Source: Oceanirhabdus seepicola
Lineage (GTDB): Bacteria; Bacillota; Clostridia; Clostridiales; Clostridiaceae
Assembly (NCBI RefSeq): GCF_023684385.1
Contig: NZ_JAGSOJ010000007.1
Coordinates: 144,148-208,147 of the forward strand
Reading direction: 5' to 3'
DNA: 64,000 bases
The position numbers and the translations under genes are program-made. Every line of letters starts with the position of its first letter. The first letter of the stretch is position 1. The notes below the pieces were generated by a model that made no database searches, was not told the origin of the DNA, and saw nothing but the letters and a program-made list of their open reading frames with translations. Below, in pieces: positions 9,248-18,811 of this stretch.

Positions 9248-10324
9248 ATGGCTAGGTATATAAGGACAAGAATAATATGGATATTTGTATTGCTGTTTAC
9301 CATCTTATCATTAAACTTTATTTTGGTGAAGTTAGCGCCTGCTTATCCACCTACCACAAAGGAAGCGAAGCGCATGTACTTTGACAAGCAGGTTTCTGAT
9401 GGATATATGGAATTTAGATTGATTGATAATCCTCAAGAGATGAAAGAAATTAGAAAAAAGATGAAAACAGGAGAAACAATTAGATGTTCTTTTTATGAAG
9501 ATAAGGGAGATTTTATTCGAGCTTTTGAACCAATTCCAATAATTAAACAGTATTTCTCATGGGTAAAAAATATTGTAACAAAATGGGATTGGGGACTTTC
9601 TACTAAATTAGAAGCAGGTAGACCCGCATTTGATTTAATAAAAGAACGAATACCTACAACTATGACCATAAATATTATAGCGTTAATTTTCTATATTCCT
9701 ATAGGTCTAACACTGGGTATTATTGCAGCATTAAAAAAGAACAAATCTGCAGATAATGTTATTTCAGTCGCCGTAATGATTATGTATTCAATACCTGGTT
9801 TTGTTATTATGATCATGCTTGTTATGATATTTGGATACAATTTAGAGTGGGTACCATCAATATTTCCTGCAAAAGATGCAGATATGGCAGTTAGAATTCG
9901 TGGAATGATTTTGCCAGTATTAGCCATGACATTTGGACCAGTGGCAGGGTTAACAAGGCTAACTAGGGCTGAACTCACAGAGGTGTTGACTTCAGAATTC
10001 TTACTATTAGCTAGAACCAAAGGCTTAACTAGAAGACAAGCTGTCGTTAGACACGCTATGCGAAATTCCATGGTTCCCTTAGTGCCAAGTATTATATTTT
10101 CTTTTGTTGGAATATTATCAGGGTCGGTTATAATAGAAATGATTTATTCTATACCTGGTACAGGTCAAGTAGCTATAAGAGCGCTCACTAAAAATGCGTA
10201 TGATTATAACGTTATGTTGTGTTCCACTGCGTTTTATGCTACGATTTCACTATTTGCAATATTAATAGTTGATATTACATATGGAGTAATTGATCCAAGA
10301 ATTCGAATGGGAGGTAAAAAATGA
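9248..10324 (+). CDS. ABC transporter permease (OppB-like)
   Basis: The product is a multi-TM protein with an N-terminal TM and 'binding-protein-dependent' permease architecture. The ATG at 9248 follows 'GGAAAGGAAAG'. Confidence 0.8.
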   Translation: MARYIRTRIIWIFVLLFTILSLNFILVKLAPAYPPTTKEAKRMYFDKQVSDGYMEFRLIDNPQEMKEIRKKMKTGETIRCSFYEDKGDFIRAFEPIPIIKQYFSWVKNIVTKWDWGLSTKLEAGRPAFDLIKERIPTTMTINIIALIFYIPIGLTLGIIAALKKNKSADNVISVAVMIMYSIPGFVIMIMLVMIFGYNLEWVPSIFPAKDADMAVRIRGMILPVLAMTFGPVAGLTRLTRAELTEVLTSEFLLLARTKGLTRRQAVVRHAMRNSMVPLVPSIIFSFVGILSGSVIIEMIYSIPGTGQVAIRALTKNAYDYNVMLCSTAFYATISLFAILIVDITYGVIDPRIRMGGKK

Positions 10325-12219
10325 TGAATAATGTTAAAGACATTGTAAAACAAGATATCCCTAAAAATCAATTTGAATTTGTACAAAAGGGTCAAAAACT
10401 TTACGATCAGAAAATTCAAGGTAAGTCAATAAGCTACATGCAGGATGTTTGGATGAGATTCAAAAAAAATAGAGCAAACGTAACTGCATCAATAATTTTA
10501 TTAGTTTTAATACTATGCTCAATCTTTATGCCGGGATTATCAGGCAAAAATTATGAAAAGCTTGATGAAAAACTTTCTTTTTTACCTCCAAGAGTACCTT
10601 TCTTAGAGAAATTTGGAGTTATGGACGGTACTATATCTATAAAAGATAAGCCTATTGATTTAACAAAAATGGATGAAGAAACAGGATTGTATTTACCTTT
10701 GAATTATAACGAAAAAGCAATAGTTATGAAAACTCTTACTAATACACGTGTAGAAAGTTCAGAAAAATCTGAGTATGTTTTAAATGGACAATCTGTACTA
10801 AGGTTGGATTATGACTCCTCATCAATTACTGTTGAGTCTAATGAGTTTTATAATTTAGTTAAGGCTAATAATCCTAATATTGAAATTGATGTGTATGAGT
10901 TAGACAGTAGTTCTAATGGAAAAATAGAGGTTCTGTTACAATCAGATTTTGGTGGAGATTATACAGTTATTGACACTATAACAGAAACCGGTAAACACAG
11001 GGTTAAATTATTTGAGTTAAATCCAGATTTGTATGCTGATGTTGTATCTAAACTTCAACTACGCTATAGTTCAGATAATAAAGGGTCTTATGCTGCAGTC
11101 ACCAGCGTATCATTATTTGATGATAGTAGTAAAGAACCTGTTTTATTTCATGAAGGATATAATTTATGTAGTTATAAAGTAGTTGATGGAAAAGGTTCGT
11201 ATCAGAGACAAAATGGGGAGATGATCATTGCATCTTTTAAATACAATAAGTATATAGATGCATTTGATTTAACACATGAAACGGCTTTCTCAGCAAGTAA
11301 ATATGACAAACTATTAGCAGAGTGGGGCGACAAGGTAGAGAAGATTCCTAACCCTGATAATCCTGATGGATGGTTTTTTAGTGAAGGTTTTCCAATTCGT
11401 GAGGTTGTAAGAAAGAATGATACAGTTGAAGTGGATGGGGAAAAATATTCTTCATACGAGGTCTATCTTGATTATGCTGCATACTTAGGATATGATGAGT
11501 TACCATACTATTTGTTTGGAACGTCTCAAGCAGGTAGAGATTTATTCTCATTAGTTTGGGTAGGTTTGAGAACATCATTGTATATAGGTTTAGTTGTTAC
11601 CTTGATAAATGTAAGTATTGGAATTGTGTATGGTGCTATTTCTGGATATTATGGCGGAACTGTGGATTTGTTAATGCAGCGTTTTGCAGAGCTTATGGGT
11701 AGACTCCCATGGTTAGTTGTTTTGTCTATAATGGTTGCTTTGTTTGATCCAGGAATTAAAACATTAATATTAACTCTGGTGATAAATGGTTGGATAGCAA
11801 CGGCAAGTGTAACCAGAATGCAGTTTTATAGATATAAAGGACGAGAATATGTTCTTGCATCCAAGACAATGGGAGCTAAAGATCGACGCTTAATATTTAG
11901 GCATATTTTACCTAATGGTATTGGGACAATCATTACATCAAGTGTACTTTCAATACCGGCAGTAATTTTTTTAGAGGCTTCTCTCTCATACTTAGGATTT
12001 GGTATTGGGCATGGACAATCGTTCAACATCTTAGGAATGACTTTTTCAGGTGTATCAATAGGTGTATTGTTAGCTGATGCAAGAAATTTCTTGTCTACCT
12101 ATCCATATTTGACAGTATACCCTTGCGTAATAGTTTCGATATTAATGATTACATTTAATATGTTTGGTAATGCATTGAGAGATGCATTTAACCCATCACT
12201 GAGAGGGGTTGAAGATTAA
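10321..12219 (+). CDS. ABC transporter permease (OppC-like) with a roughly 330-aa N-terminal extracytoplasmic extension
   Basis: One N-terminal TM helix is followed by a long hydrophilic domain. A C-terminal permease core follows ('..LVWVGLRTSLYIGL..', EAA-like loop). The start overlaps the upstream stop (ATGA). Confidence 0.8.
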   Translation: MMNNVKDIVKQDIPKNQFEFVQKGQKLYDQKIQGKSISYMQDVWMRFKKNRANVTASIILLVLILCSIFMPGLSGKNYEKLDEKLSFLPPRVPFLEKFGVMDGTISIKDKPIDLTKMDEETGLYLPLNYNEKAIVMKTLTNTRVESSEKSEYVLNGQSVLRLDYDSSSITVESNEFYNLVKANNPNIEIDVYELDSSSNGKIEVLLQSDFGGDYTVIDTITETGKHRVKLFELNPDLYADVVSKLQLRYSSDNKGSYAAVTSVSLFDDSSKEPVLFHEGYNLCSYKVVDGKGSYQRQNGEMIIASFKYNKYIDAFDLTHETAFSASKYDKLLAEWGDKVEKIPNPDNPDGWFFSEGFPIREVVRKNDTVEVDGEKYSSYEVYLDYAAYLGYDELPYYLFGTSQAGRDLFSLVWVGLRTSLYIGLVVTLINVSIGIVYGAISGYYGGTVDLLMQRFAELMGRLPWLVVLSIMVALFDPGIKTLILTLVINGWIATASVTRMQFYRYKGREYVLASKTMGAKDRRLIFRHILPNGIGTIITSSVLSIPAVIFLEASLSYLGFGIGHGQSFNILGMTFSGVSIGVLLADARNFLSTYPYLTVYPCVIVSILMITFNMFGNALRDAFNPSLRGVED

Positions 12220-13664
12220 TGAATAAGAAATTGATAGTAGAAAATTTAAGTATTTCATTTAGAACAGTTACCGGAAAAGTTAAAGCGGTAAGAGATGTTA
12301 ATTTTGACCTAAACAAAGGTGAAACATTAGCAATAGTTGGAGAATCTGGCTCAGGGAAGTCGGTTACTACACGAGCTATTATGGGAATATTAGCAGGAAA
12401 CTCTATAGTTGAAAGTGGGAAAGTTATCTATGAAGGTGAGGATCTTCTTAAGATAACAGAAGAAGAGTTTCATAAAATACGTGGTAAGAAGATAGGAATG
12501 ATATATCAAGATCCCTTATCTAGTTTGAACCCAATAATGAGAATTGGTAAACAAATAACAGAAGGTTTGTTGCTAAATGGACATCATCTTAAAAATAAAA
12601 TAGAAGAGCTATATAACGAGGAAAGAGTTGCTTATTGTGTAATCAAGCGAGATGTAAGGGTCTTAAAAAAGAAGATTGCTGAAAACAAAAAGAATAAATT
12701 GCCATATAATGATCTAAAAAAACAGGTTGCTGAGTTAAAAAAGCAGTTACCAACAGCCAAAAAAACTATGAATATAGCTAAGAAAAAAGCTACTAAAGTA
12801 GTAATGAGCGAATATAAAGAGCAAAAGGCTAAATATCTTGAAGAGATAAAAAAGATTCGTGAAAATGCTGAGGGGCTAGAACCAAAGGTAGTTAAAGAGA
12901 AAATAGCAGATAAAAAGGAAGAGCTTAGACGTATTAAAAATGTTACCAAAACGGAAGCAAAAGAAAAGGCTTTAAAGGTTATGAGAGAGGTTGGAATTCC
13001 AGATCCTGAAAAAAGGTTTAGGCAGTTTCCATTCCAGTTCTCTGGTGGTATGCGCCAGCGTATAGTTATTGCCATAGTTTTGACTTCTAATCCAGATGTA
13101 TTAATATGTGACGAACCAACAACCGCTTTGGATGTAACTATTCAAGCACAGATCTTGGAACTTATTAATAAGTTAAAAGAAGAACGTGGATTAACTGTTA
13201 TTTTCATAACCCATGACTTAGGTGTTGTTGCTAATGTTGCGGATAGAATAGCTGTTATGTATGCTGGTAAGATTCAAGAGATTGGTACTAATGAAGAATT
13301 GTTCTACGATCCAAGACATCCATATACATGGGCTTTATTAGGATCAATGCCTGATTTAACTTCAAAGGACAAGCTACTAACTATACCTGGAACACCTCCA
13401 GATATGAGATTCCCTCCTAAGGGTGATGCTTTTGCACTTAGAAGTGATTATGCAATGAAAATAGATTTTGAAGAGCAACCGCCTATGTTCAAAATATCAG
13501 ATTCACACTATGTTGCTTCCTGGCTTTTACATAAAGATTGTCCAGATGTCCAAAGGCCAGCTATACTTGATGAAAGAATAGAAAGAATGAAGGAAATGAC
13601 AGAAGAATTGAAAAAGGAAATGGAAAAGGAGCATGTTACATATGAGAAACAGCTTAAATATTGA
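12219..13664 (+). CDS. ABC transporter ATP-binding protein (OppD-like) with a roughly 130-aa Lys/Glu-rich coiled-coil insertion
   Basis: The Walker A is 'GESGSGKS' and the signature is 'FSGGMRQR'. The Walker B/H-loop region reads 'LICDEPTTALD..ITHDL'. The insertion sits between Walker A and the signature motif. The protein has the Opp C-terminal domain. Confidence 0.85.
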   Translation: MNKKLIVENLSISFRTVTGKVKAVRDVNFDLNKGETLAIVGESGSGKSVTTRAIMGILAGNSIVESGKVIYEGEDLLKITEEEFHKIRGKKIGMIYQDPLSSLNPIMRIGKQITEGLLLNGHHLKNKIEELYNEERVAYCVIKRDVRVLKKKIAENKKNKLPYNDLKKQVAELKKQLPTAKKTMNIAKKKATKVVMSEYKEQKAKYLEEIKKIRENAEGLEPKVVKEKIADKKEELRRIKNVTKTEAKEKALKVMREVGIPDPEKRFRQFPFQFSGGMRQRIVIAIVLTSNPDVLICDEPTTALDVTIQAQILELINKLKEERGLTVIFITHDLGVVANVADRIAVMYAGKIQEIGTNEELFYDPRHPYTWALLGSMPDLTSKDKLLTIPGTPPDMRFPPKGDAFALRSDYAMKIDFEEQPPMFKISDSHYVASWLLHKDCPDVQRPAILDERIERMKEMTEELKKEMEKEHVTYEKQLKY

Positions 13665-14760
13665 TAATAAGATTGAAATAAAACAGAGTGAATTAGCACC
13701 CGTTGTCAGTATTAAGAATCTTAAAAAGCACTTTATATCAGGTGTTGGAAAGCAAAAGTTAGTTGTTAAGGCTGTAGACGGTGTAAGTTTTGATATTCAA
13801 AGTGGTGAAATATTTGGTTTGGTTGGTGAATCTGGTTGTGGAAAAACAACTTTGGGCAGAACCTTGATAAAGCTTCATGAACCAACAGATGGAACAATCG
13901 AATTTTTAGGAAGACCTATAACAGAAGGTATTCAATCTAATATTGAAGCAATCAATGAGGCGAAAGAAATTATTAAAAGCCATAAGGATGCTGAAAAGAA
14001 AGCTGAAGCAAAAAATACCATTAAGTTTAATAAAAAAGAGATTAGAAGGAAAAAACGTCAGAATGAAAAGAATGATTATGAGCTAACCAAGAAAATGCAG
14101 ATGATTTTTCAAGATCCTATCGCATCTCTAGACCCAAGGATGACGGTTAAAGAGATCATCGCTGAAGGTTTAAGAATTTCAGGTGTTAAGAAAGACGATG
14201 AAATTACCAAGCAAGTTCATGAGGTACTAGAAACCGTTGGATTAGTGCCTGAACATGCAAATAGATATCCTCATGAATTCAGCGGAGGTCAACGTCAGAG
14301 AATTGGTATTGGGAGAGCTTTGGTTCTTAATCCTACTTTCTTGATAGCAGATGAACCAATAAGTGCACTAGATGTATCTATACAGGCTCAAATAATCAAT
14401 CTCTTAAATGATTTGCGTAAGGAATATGGAATAACCATATTGTTTGTTGCCCATGATTTATCTGTAGTAAAGTATATTAGCGATAGAGTAGGAGTTATGT
14501 ATTTTGGTAATATGGTTGAACTTGCACCAGCTGATGAATTATTTGCGAACCCGCTACATCCTTATACAAAATCATTACTTTCTGCAGTTCCATTAGCTGA
14601 TCCAAATTATGAAAAGTACAGGAAAAGAGTAACCTACAATCCGCAAACAACTCATGATTACTCAGAAGAAAAACCGGTTTTTCAAGAAATAAAAGAGGGA
14701 CATTTTATTCTTGCCAACTCAAAAGAAATGGAAGAATATAGAAGAGAGTTGAAGGGCTAA
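13642..14760 (+). CDS. ABC transporter ATP-binding protein (OppF-like) with a roughly 60-aa charged insertion
   Basis: The Walker A is 'GESGCGKTT' and the signature is 'FSGGQRQRIGIGRA'. The ATG at 13642 lies 10 nt after 'GGAAAAGGAG'. Confidence 0.85.
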   Translation: MRNSLNIDNKIEIKQSELAPVVSIKNLKKHFISGVGKQKLVVKAVDGVSFDIQSGEIFGLVGESGCGKTTLGRTLIKLHEPTDGTIEFLGRPITEGIQSNIEAINEAKEIIKSHKDAEKKAEAKNTIKFNKKEIRRKKRQNEKNDYELTKKMQMIFQDPIASLDPRMTVKEIIAEGLRISGVKKDDEITKQVHEVLETVGLVPEHANRYPHEFSGGQRQRIGIGRALVLNPTFLIADEPISALDVSIQAQIINLLNDLRKEYGITILFVAHDLSVVKYISDRVGVMYFGNMVELAPADELFANPLHPYTKSLLSAVPLADPNYEKYRKRVTYNPQTTHDYSEEKPVFQEIKEGHFILANSKEMEEYRRELKG

Positions 14761-15137
14761 TGCATAGAAAGAGGATTTTTTTTACAATAGCTTTATCTAT
14801 TCTTATAATGTTACTATTATTGTTTTTAGTATATGATTTTGATATGAGCTTGATGAATCTATCTAATGTACTTTTCTTTATGGGTACAGTTTACTTCTTT
14901 CCTGGATTAATTATTGTAACTGGTGCCTCTGAAATATTCAGTAGTGTTGGATATTTAAATAGAAGAATGTTTCGCAAAAATAAAGGTGATGGAAATGACT
15001 TCAAAACATTCAACGATTATAAGGAATATAAGCATATAAAGAGTGCGAAGTATAATACCAAAGGTAAAGGAGTAAATATATTACTTGTTGGTGGGGGATA
15101 TGTTATAATATCCATTGTTATAAGTATGATTATTTGA
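14760..15137 (+). CDS. Small membrane protein with two TM segments and a Lys-rich loop (DUF3899-like)
   Basis: A TAATG overlap with the upstream ATPase places it as the last gene of the operon. It has two hydrophobic segments. Confidence 0.55.
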   Translation: MHRKRIFFTIALSILIMLLLLFLVYDFDMSLMNLSNVLFFMGTVYFFPGLIIVTGASEIFSSVGYLNRRMFRKNKGDGNDFKTFNDYKEYKHIKSAKYNTKGKGVNILLVGGGYVIISIVISMII

Positions 15138-15206
15138 TGGATGTATAAGTTAGAGTTAAAAAGTATACATCTATAGTCACTACAGAAATGAATAAATTAT
15201 ATCGCG

Positions 15207-15262
15207 TAAAAATCTCCAACTTGGTTTAATTTGAATAAAACCAAGTTGGAGATTTTATTTTG
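15207..15262 (+). terminator. Rho-independent terminator of the Opp-like operon
   Basis: 'AAAAATCTCCAACTTGGTTT-aatttgaata-AAACCAAGTTGGAGATTTT' is a perfect stem of about 19 bp, followed by 'ATTTTG'. Confidence 0.85.
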
Positions 15263-15970
15263 CATTGAAGCAGCTAACGATTCAATTATTACAATAGGAG
15301 CAATAGAATGATATATATAATAAGAATGGTAAAATAATTGATAACACTCTTTGATTATGTCAATATATAATAATTCAAAGAATAAAGTATTTAATAAAGA
15401 TATTTAAAAAGCAGTCTCAACATGAAAAGATATTTAATCGTAAGGAATTTAAATTTAGCAGTGGCAATAACATGTTTATTAGAAAGTAGACATGCTATTG
15501 CCACTGCCATGAGATATACAATACTTTGGAATAGTTTTAAGGATGTGAGGAACGAACATGGTTTAAGATAGTCCAAAGTTTCCATATAGAAATGGTGTCT
15601 TAAGGGGAGAGATAACTCTTCTTTTAAGAGGGGGGAAGGGGGGGGAGAAACTTATTGTTGTCAAATGAATAAATGGGGAATTTGATTTATTTGTAATATA
15701 CAATAAAAATTTAAATTATGATAACAGTAGGTTAAATAATGTTGCTTTAAAGGATAATAAAATAAAATCTTTGGAAAAGTTCAAGTGCTGATAAATAATA
15801 GAGTCTTTAGAAAGATAAATAAATATCACAATCTTATGAGAATAGTGAGCAGCTCTTGAGTTTGTCCAAAGCGACCATATAGAGAAATTGATTGGGAAGA
15901 TTAAAATCTTATAAGGGTTAAGGTTTTGTTGTCTTAGATTTATAGAAAATATATAAATATATAAGCTTCT

Positions 15971-16669
15971 TAATCAACTTCAGATAAAAGTCTATTGTAT
16001 AGAAGTATACTATTTGTAATCTTTAGAAGTTCCTTATCAAGTATGTCATTTCCTTTTAAATCACATATCATCTTGAACTTTTCAATAGAGCTTTTGGTTA
16101 TGGGCCCTATTATCCCATCAACAATAAGAGGTTTATTTTCATAAGCTAATATCCCAAGTGAATTTAAGTTCTCCTGGAGTTTATTAATTAGTTCATTGTT
16201 ACTTTTAGTAATCTTACTTTTAATTTAATCATATTTATATAGCTCATTCTCCTCAATTATATATAAGTTTATTAGGATAATCAGGGTCAGTGCAATATCC
16301 ACAAGTATAAAGATTATGACAGCCTTCATAATAGTCTTTTGAGTTAATAACAGGTATATATCTAGATGCTTTAGATAGAAGCTCAGCATAATCATCAAAA
16401 CTATCTTCATAGCTGTTATACTTTCTAAATAAGCACATCATAGGAGTTTTAACTCCATTTATCCATTCATAAGTTTGAAGTTCTTCATATTCAAAACCAG
16501 ATTTTCTAGTCCTTTTAATACCAAATAGATTATTCCCTTTACAGTATTTTAGCCATCCAGTTTCTAGTATTACTTGAGCGATAGTTACTGATGGCAAAAG
16601 TGAATATTTTTCGTCAATCTTTTTTGCATAAGGTAATAATAAAGAAATGACCTTTGACTTGAAACACAT
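15971..16669 (-). pseudogene. Endolysin-like cell-wall hydrolase: N-terminal glucosaminidase domain plus C-terminal PG_binding_1 domain, disrupted by a frameshift
   Basis: The glucosaminidase ORF runs 16253-16669 ('AQVILETGWLKYCKGNNLFGIK', 'YCTDPDYPNKLI'). It has no signal peptide and a 'GGAGGTG' RBS. The peptidoglycan-binding repeat ('LQENLNSLGIL..IVDGIIGPITKSSIEKFK') continues at 15971-16227 in a different frame with no start codon. Confidence 0.65.
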
Positions 16670-16885
16670 TTTATCACCTCCTTCAATATGAATATATGCA
16701 GTAAGTTATTTGGTTTGTAATTCTCATTAAAACTATCTCCTAGTATGAAGTTTTTTTTATAAGTCTATAAATATTTTAGTAGCAATAAAACTACAACATT
16801 TATAAACTCAATATGTTAAAATATAGTATATGTAAAAAAATAGGAATAAGGAATTTTTATAGGAGAGAAAAAAGGGGGGGAGTTC

Positions 16886-17506
16886 ATGCCTATTAAAGAA
16901 ACAAAGATAAGATTATTTTCAAGTGAATTTGAAGAAATGATTAATAAAAGGCAGGTTTCTTCAGATACTGTTTTCATAGATAAAAAAATATGGAATGAGT
17001 ATGGAAAAACCTATAGTATTATGGTTACTGATTTAAGCGGATTTACTAGTAATTCCATTGAGAGAGGAATTTTGAATTTTATTTCATTAATATATGAAGC
17101 TATGATTTTAACAGAGGCTATTGTAGAAGAAAACAATGGAGAGATTTTAAAAACAATTGGGGATACATTTGTAATTCTTTTTCCAAATCCTAAGGATTCA
17201 GTAAAGTGTGCTATAGAAATTCAAAATGCTTTGAGGGTAAGTAATAAAATAAAAGCTGAAAGTTTAAAGCTGCACATGAGTGTAGGTATTGGATATGGAC
17301 AAGTCTTAAAAGTAAGTAATAATGATATATTCGGTGTAGAGCTTAATATAGCTAGTAAACTTGGAGAAGATATAGGAATACCTAATGAAATTTTAATTTC
17401 AGAAGAGGTTAGGAATTATATAAATGAATACGAACTTCTATATAACTATGAATTAATTACCACAGAATATAATATTGGAAAAGTTTATAAATTAAAGTTT
17501 AAGTAA
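16886..17506 (+). CDS. Minimal class III nucleotidyl cyclase (adenylate/guanylate-cyclase fold, 206 aa)
   Basis: The catalytic motifs are 'VTDLSGFT' (metal-binding Asp), 'KTIGDTFVILF', 'VGIGYGQV' and 'GVELNIASKLGE'. A G7 tract forms the RBS. Confidence 0.8.
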   Translation: MPIKETKIRLFSSEFEEMINKRQVSSDTVFIDKKIWNEYGKTYSIMVTDLSGFTSNSIERGILNFISLIYEAMILTEAIVEENNGEILKTIGDTFVILFPNPKDSVKCAIEIQNALRVSNKIKAESLKLHMSVGIGYGQVLKVSNNDIFGVELNIASKLGEDIGIPNEILISEEVRNYINEYELLYNYELITTEYNIGKVYKLKFK

Positions 17507-17628
17507 CATAGGAAAAAAGAGAATAATATAAGATAAATAATAACCATAACTATGAATACTGCTGTTGATAATAAAGTCCTTGTAAATGACTTTTAAATTG
17601 GTAAAGTGACAAAATTAATTCTATTGTA

Positions 17629-17820
17629 AACCAAAATGATATTGTACTTATAGCTGGTAGTTTGCCAAATGGAGTTCCAAAAGATTTATACTATAAATTG
17701 ATACTAGAATGTAAAGAAAAGTGTGCTGAAGTTATACTTGATGCGAGATGAGAACAGATGAGATTAGCTTTAAAGGGTAAGCCTATGATAAACCAATCAT
17801 TGGACTTCAAATAAAGTAAC
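17629..17820 (+). pseudogene. PfkB-family sugar kinase remnant (1-phosphofructokinase / tagatose-6-P kinase-like)
   Basis: The fragment 'NDIVLIAGSLPNGVPKDLYYKLILECKEKCAEVILDAR' is followed by an in-frame TGA and then 'EQMRLALKGKPMINQSLDFK'. It has no start and an internal stop. Confidence 0.55.
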
Positions 17821-17869
17821 AGATAAAAGCTATTTAGCTAAAGTGTAAAGGAATAGAGGGGATGTTCTT

Positions 17870-18695
17870 ACAAGTCTTAGTTATAAATTAAAGGAATTAC
17901 CAAATGATTGGTTTAGATTAATAAAGATAAGAGAAATTATGGATAAAAAAGAAGAACTATCAGATAAGAGAGAATTAAAAAGTGAGAAATTAAATATATT
18001 AGAATGTGCATTAGAGGATTATAGAAAAGCATCTGAAATATTATTTAAATAGATTAGAAGAGGAATTAAAAGACTATCAAATAGCAATAGAAATAAGAGA
18101 AAGATTAGATAAAGAAGGAAAGCTCCCAGATAAAAATTATTTAGTTCAAGTGTACTATAATAGGGTCTTTGTACTTTTAAGGAAAAATCAATATAATGAA
18201 GTTTTAGAAGAAGCATTAAAAGGACTAACTATTTATGTTGATAATCTTCATAATGGAAGGTTTTTATATAATATTATAGTTACTTTAATGCATATGGTAA
18301 CAATGATTTCTAATAAACAAAAATGTTTAGAGAGGTATATTCCATTAGTTGTATCTTGTTTTAAAAGTATTAAAAATAAAGAAGTTACAGAGAAATCTCA
18401 AAAGATGCTAGAAGAAATTGCCTTTGTAATTAATGAAAGAATGGAAAAGGAAAATAAGAAAGATGTACAAGAGTTAATCAGTAGAATTAAAGAGATTTCA
18501 ATAAAAAGACAAGATGATACTAGTGATGAGTTTTTGTTAGCGGATATAATGGAGATTGAAGGTAGTCTTTATGGTTATTACTTTTCTAAGGCTCAGAAGG
18601 AGTTACTTGTATTAAGAATTGTAATATCACAAAATAATGTAAAGGTAGAATTTATTGAAGATGTTAAAGAAATTGAAAGCTATAGAGGAATATAG
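17870..18695 (+). pseudogene. Remnant of a TPR/helical-repeat transcriptional regulator (Rgg/RNPP-like C-terminal domain), frameshifted
   Basis: The ORF at 18150-18695 continues upstream in-frame as '..EEELKDYQIAIEIRERLDKEGKLPDKNYLVQVYYNRV..' with no start. Further upstream (..ECALEDYRKASEILFK*) the sequence continues in another frame. No HTH domain is present. Confidence 0.4.
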
Positions 18696-18811
18696 GAAAA
18701 AAGGGAACACAAAAAAATCGTAAAATGGTAAAAAAGTCTTAAATATTGATAATAGTTATGATTTCATATACGAGTTAATTAAAAGAATATGAAATTTGAA
18801 AGGAGAAGAGA

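Noticed and set aside
15422-15571. A 49-aa plus-strand ORF (MKRYLIVRNLNLAVAITCLLES...) in the spacer after the Opp-like operon
   Set aside because: It has no convincing RBS and no motif, and it lies in a region full of short random ORFs. There is insufficient support.
18150-18695. The ORF-track 181-aa ORF, considered as an intact gene
   Set aside because: The reading frame continues upstream without a start codon, and homologous TPR-like sequence continues in another frame. It was treated as part of a frameshifted regulator remnant.
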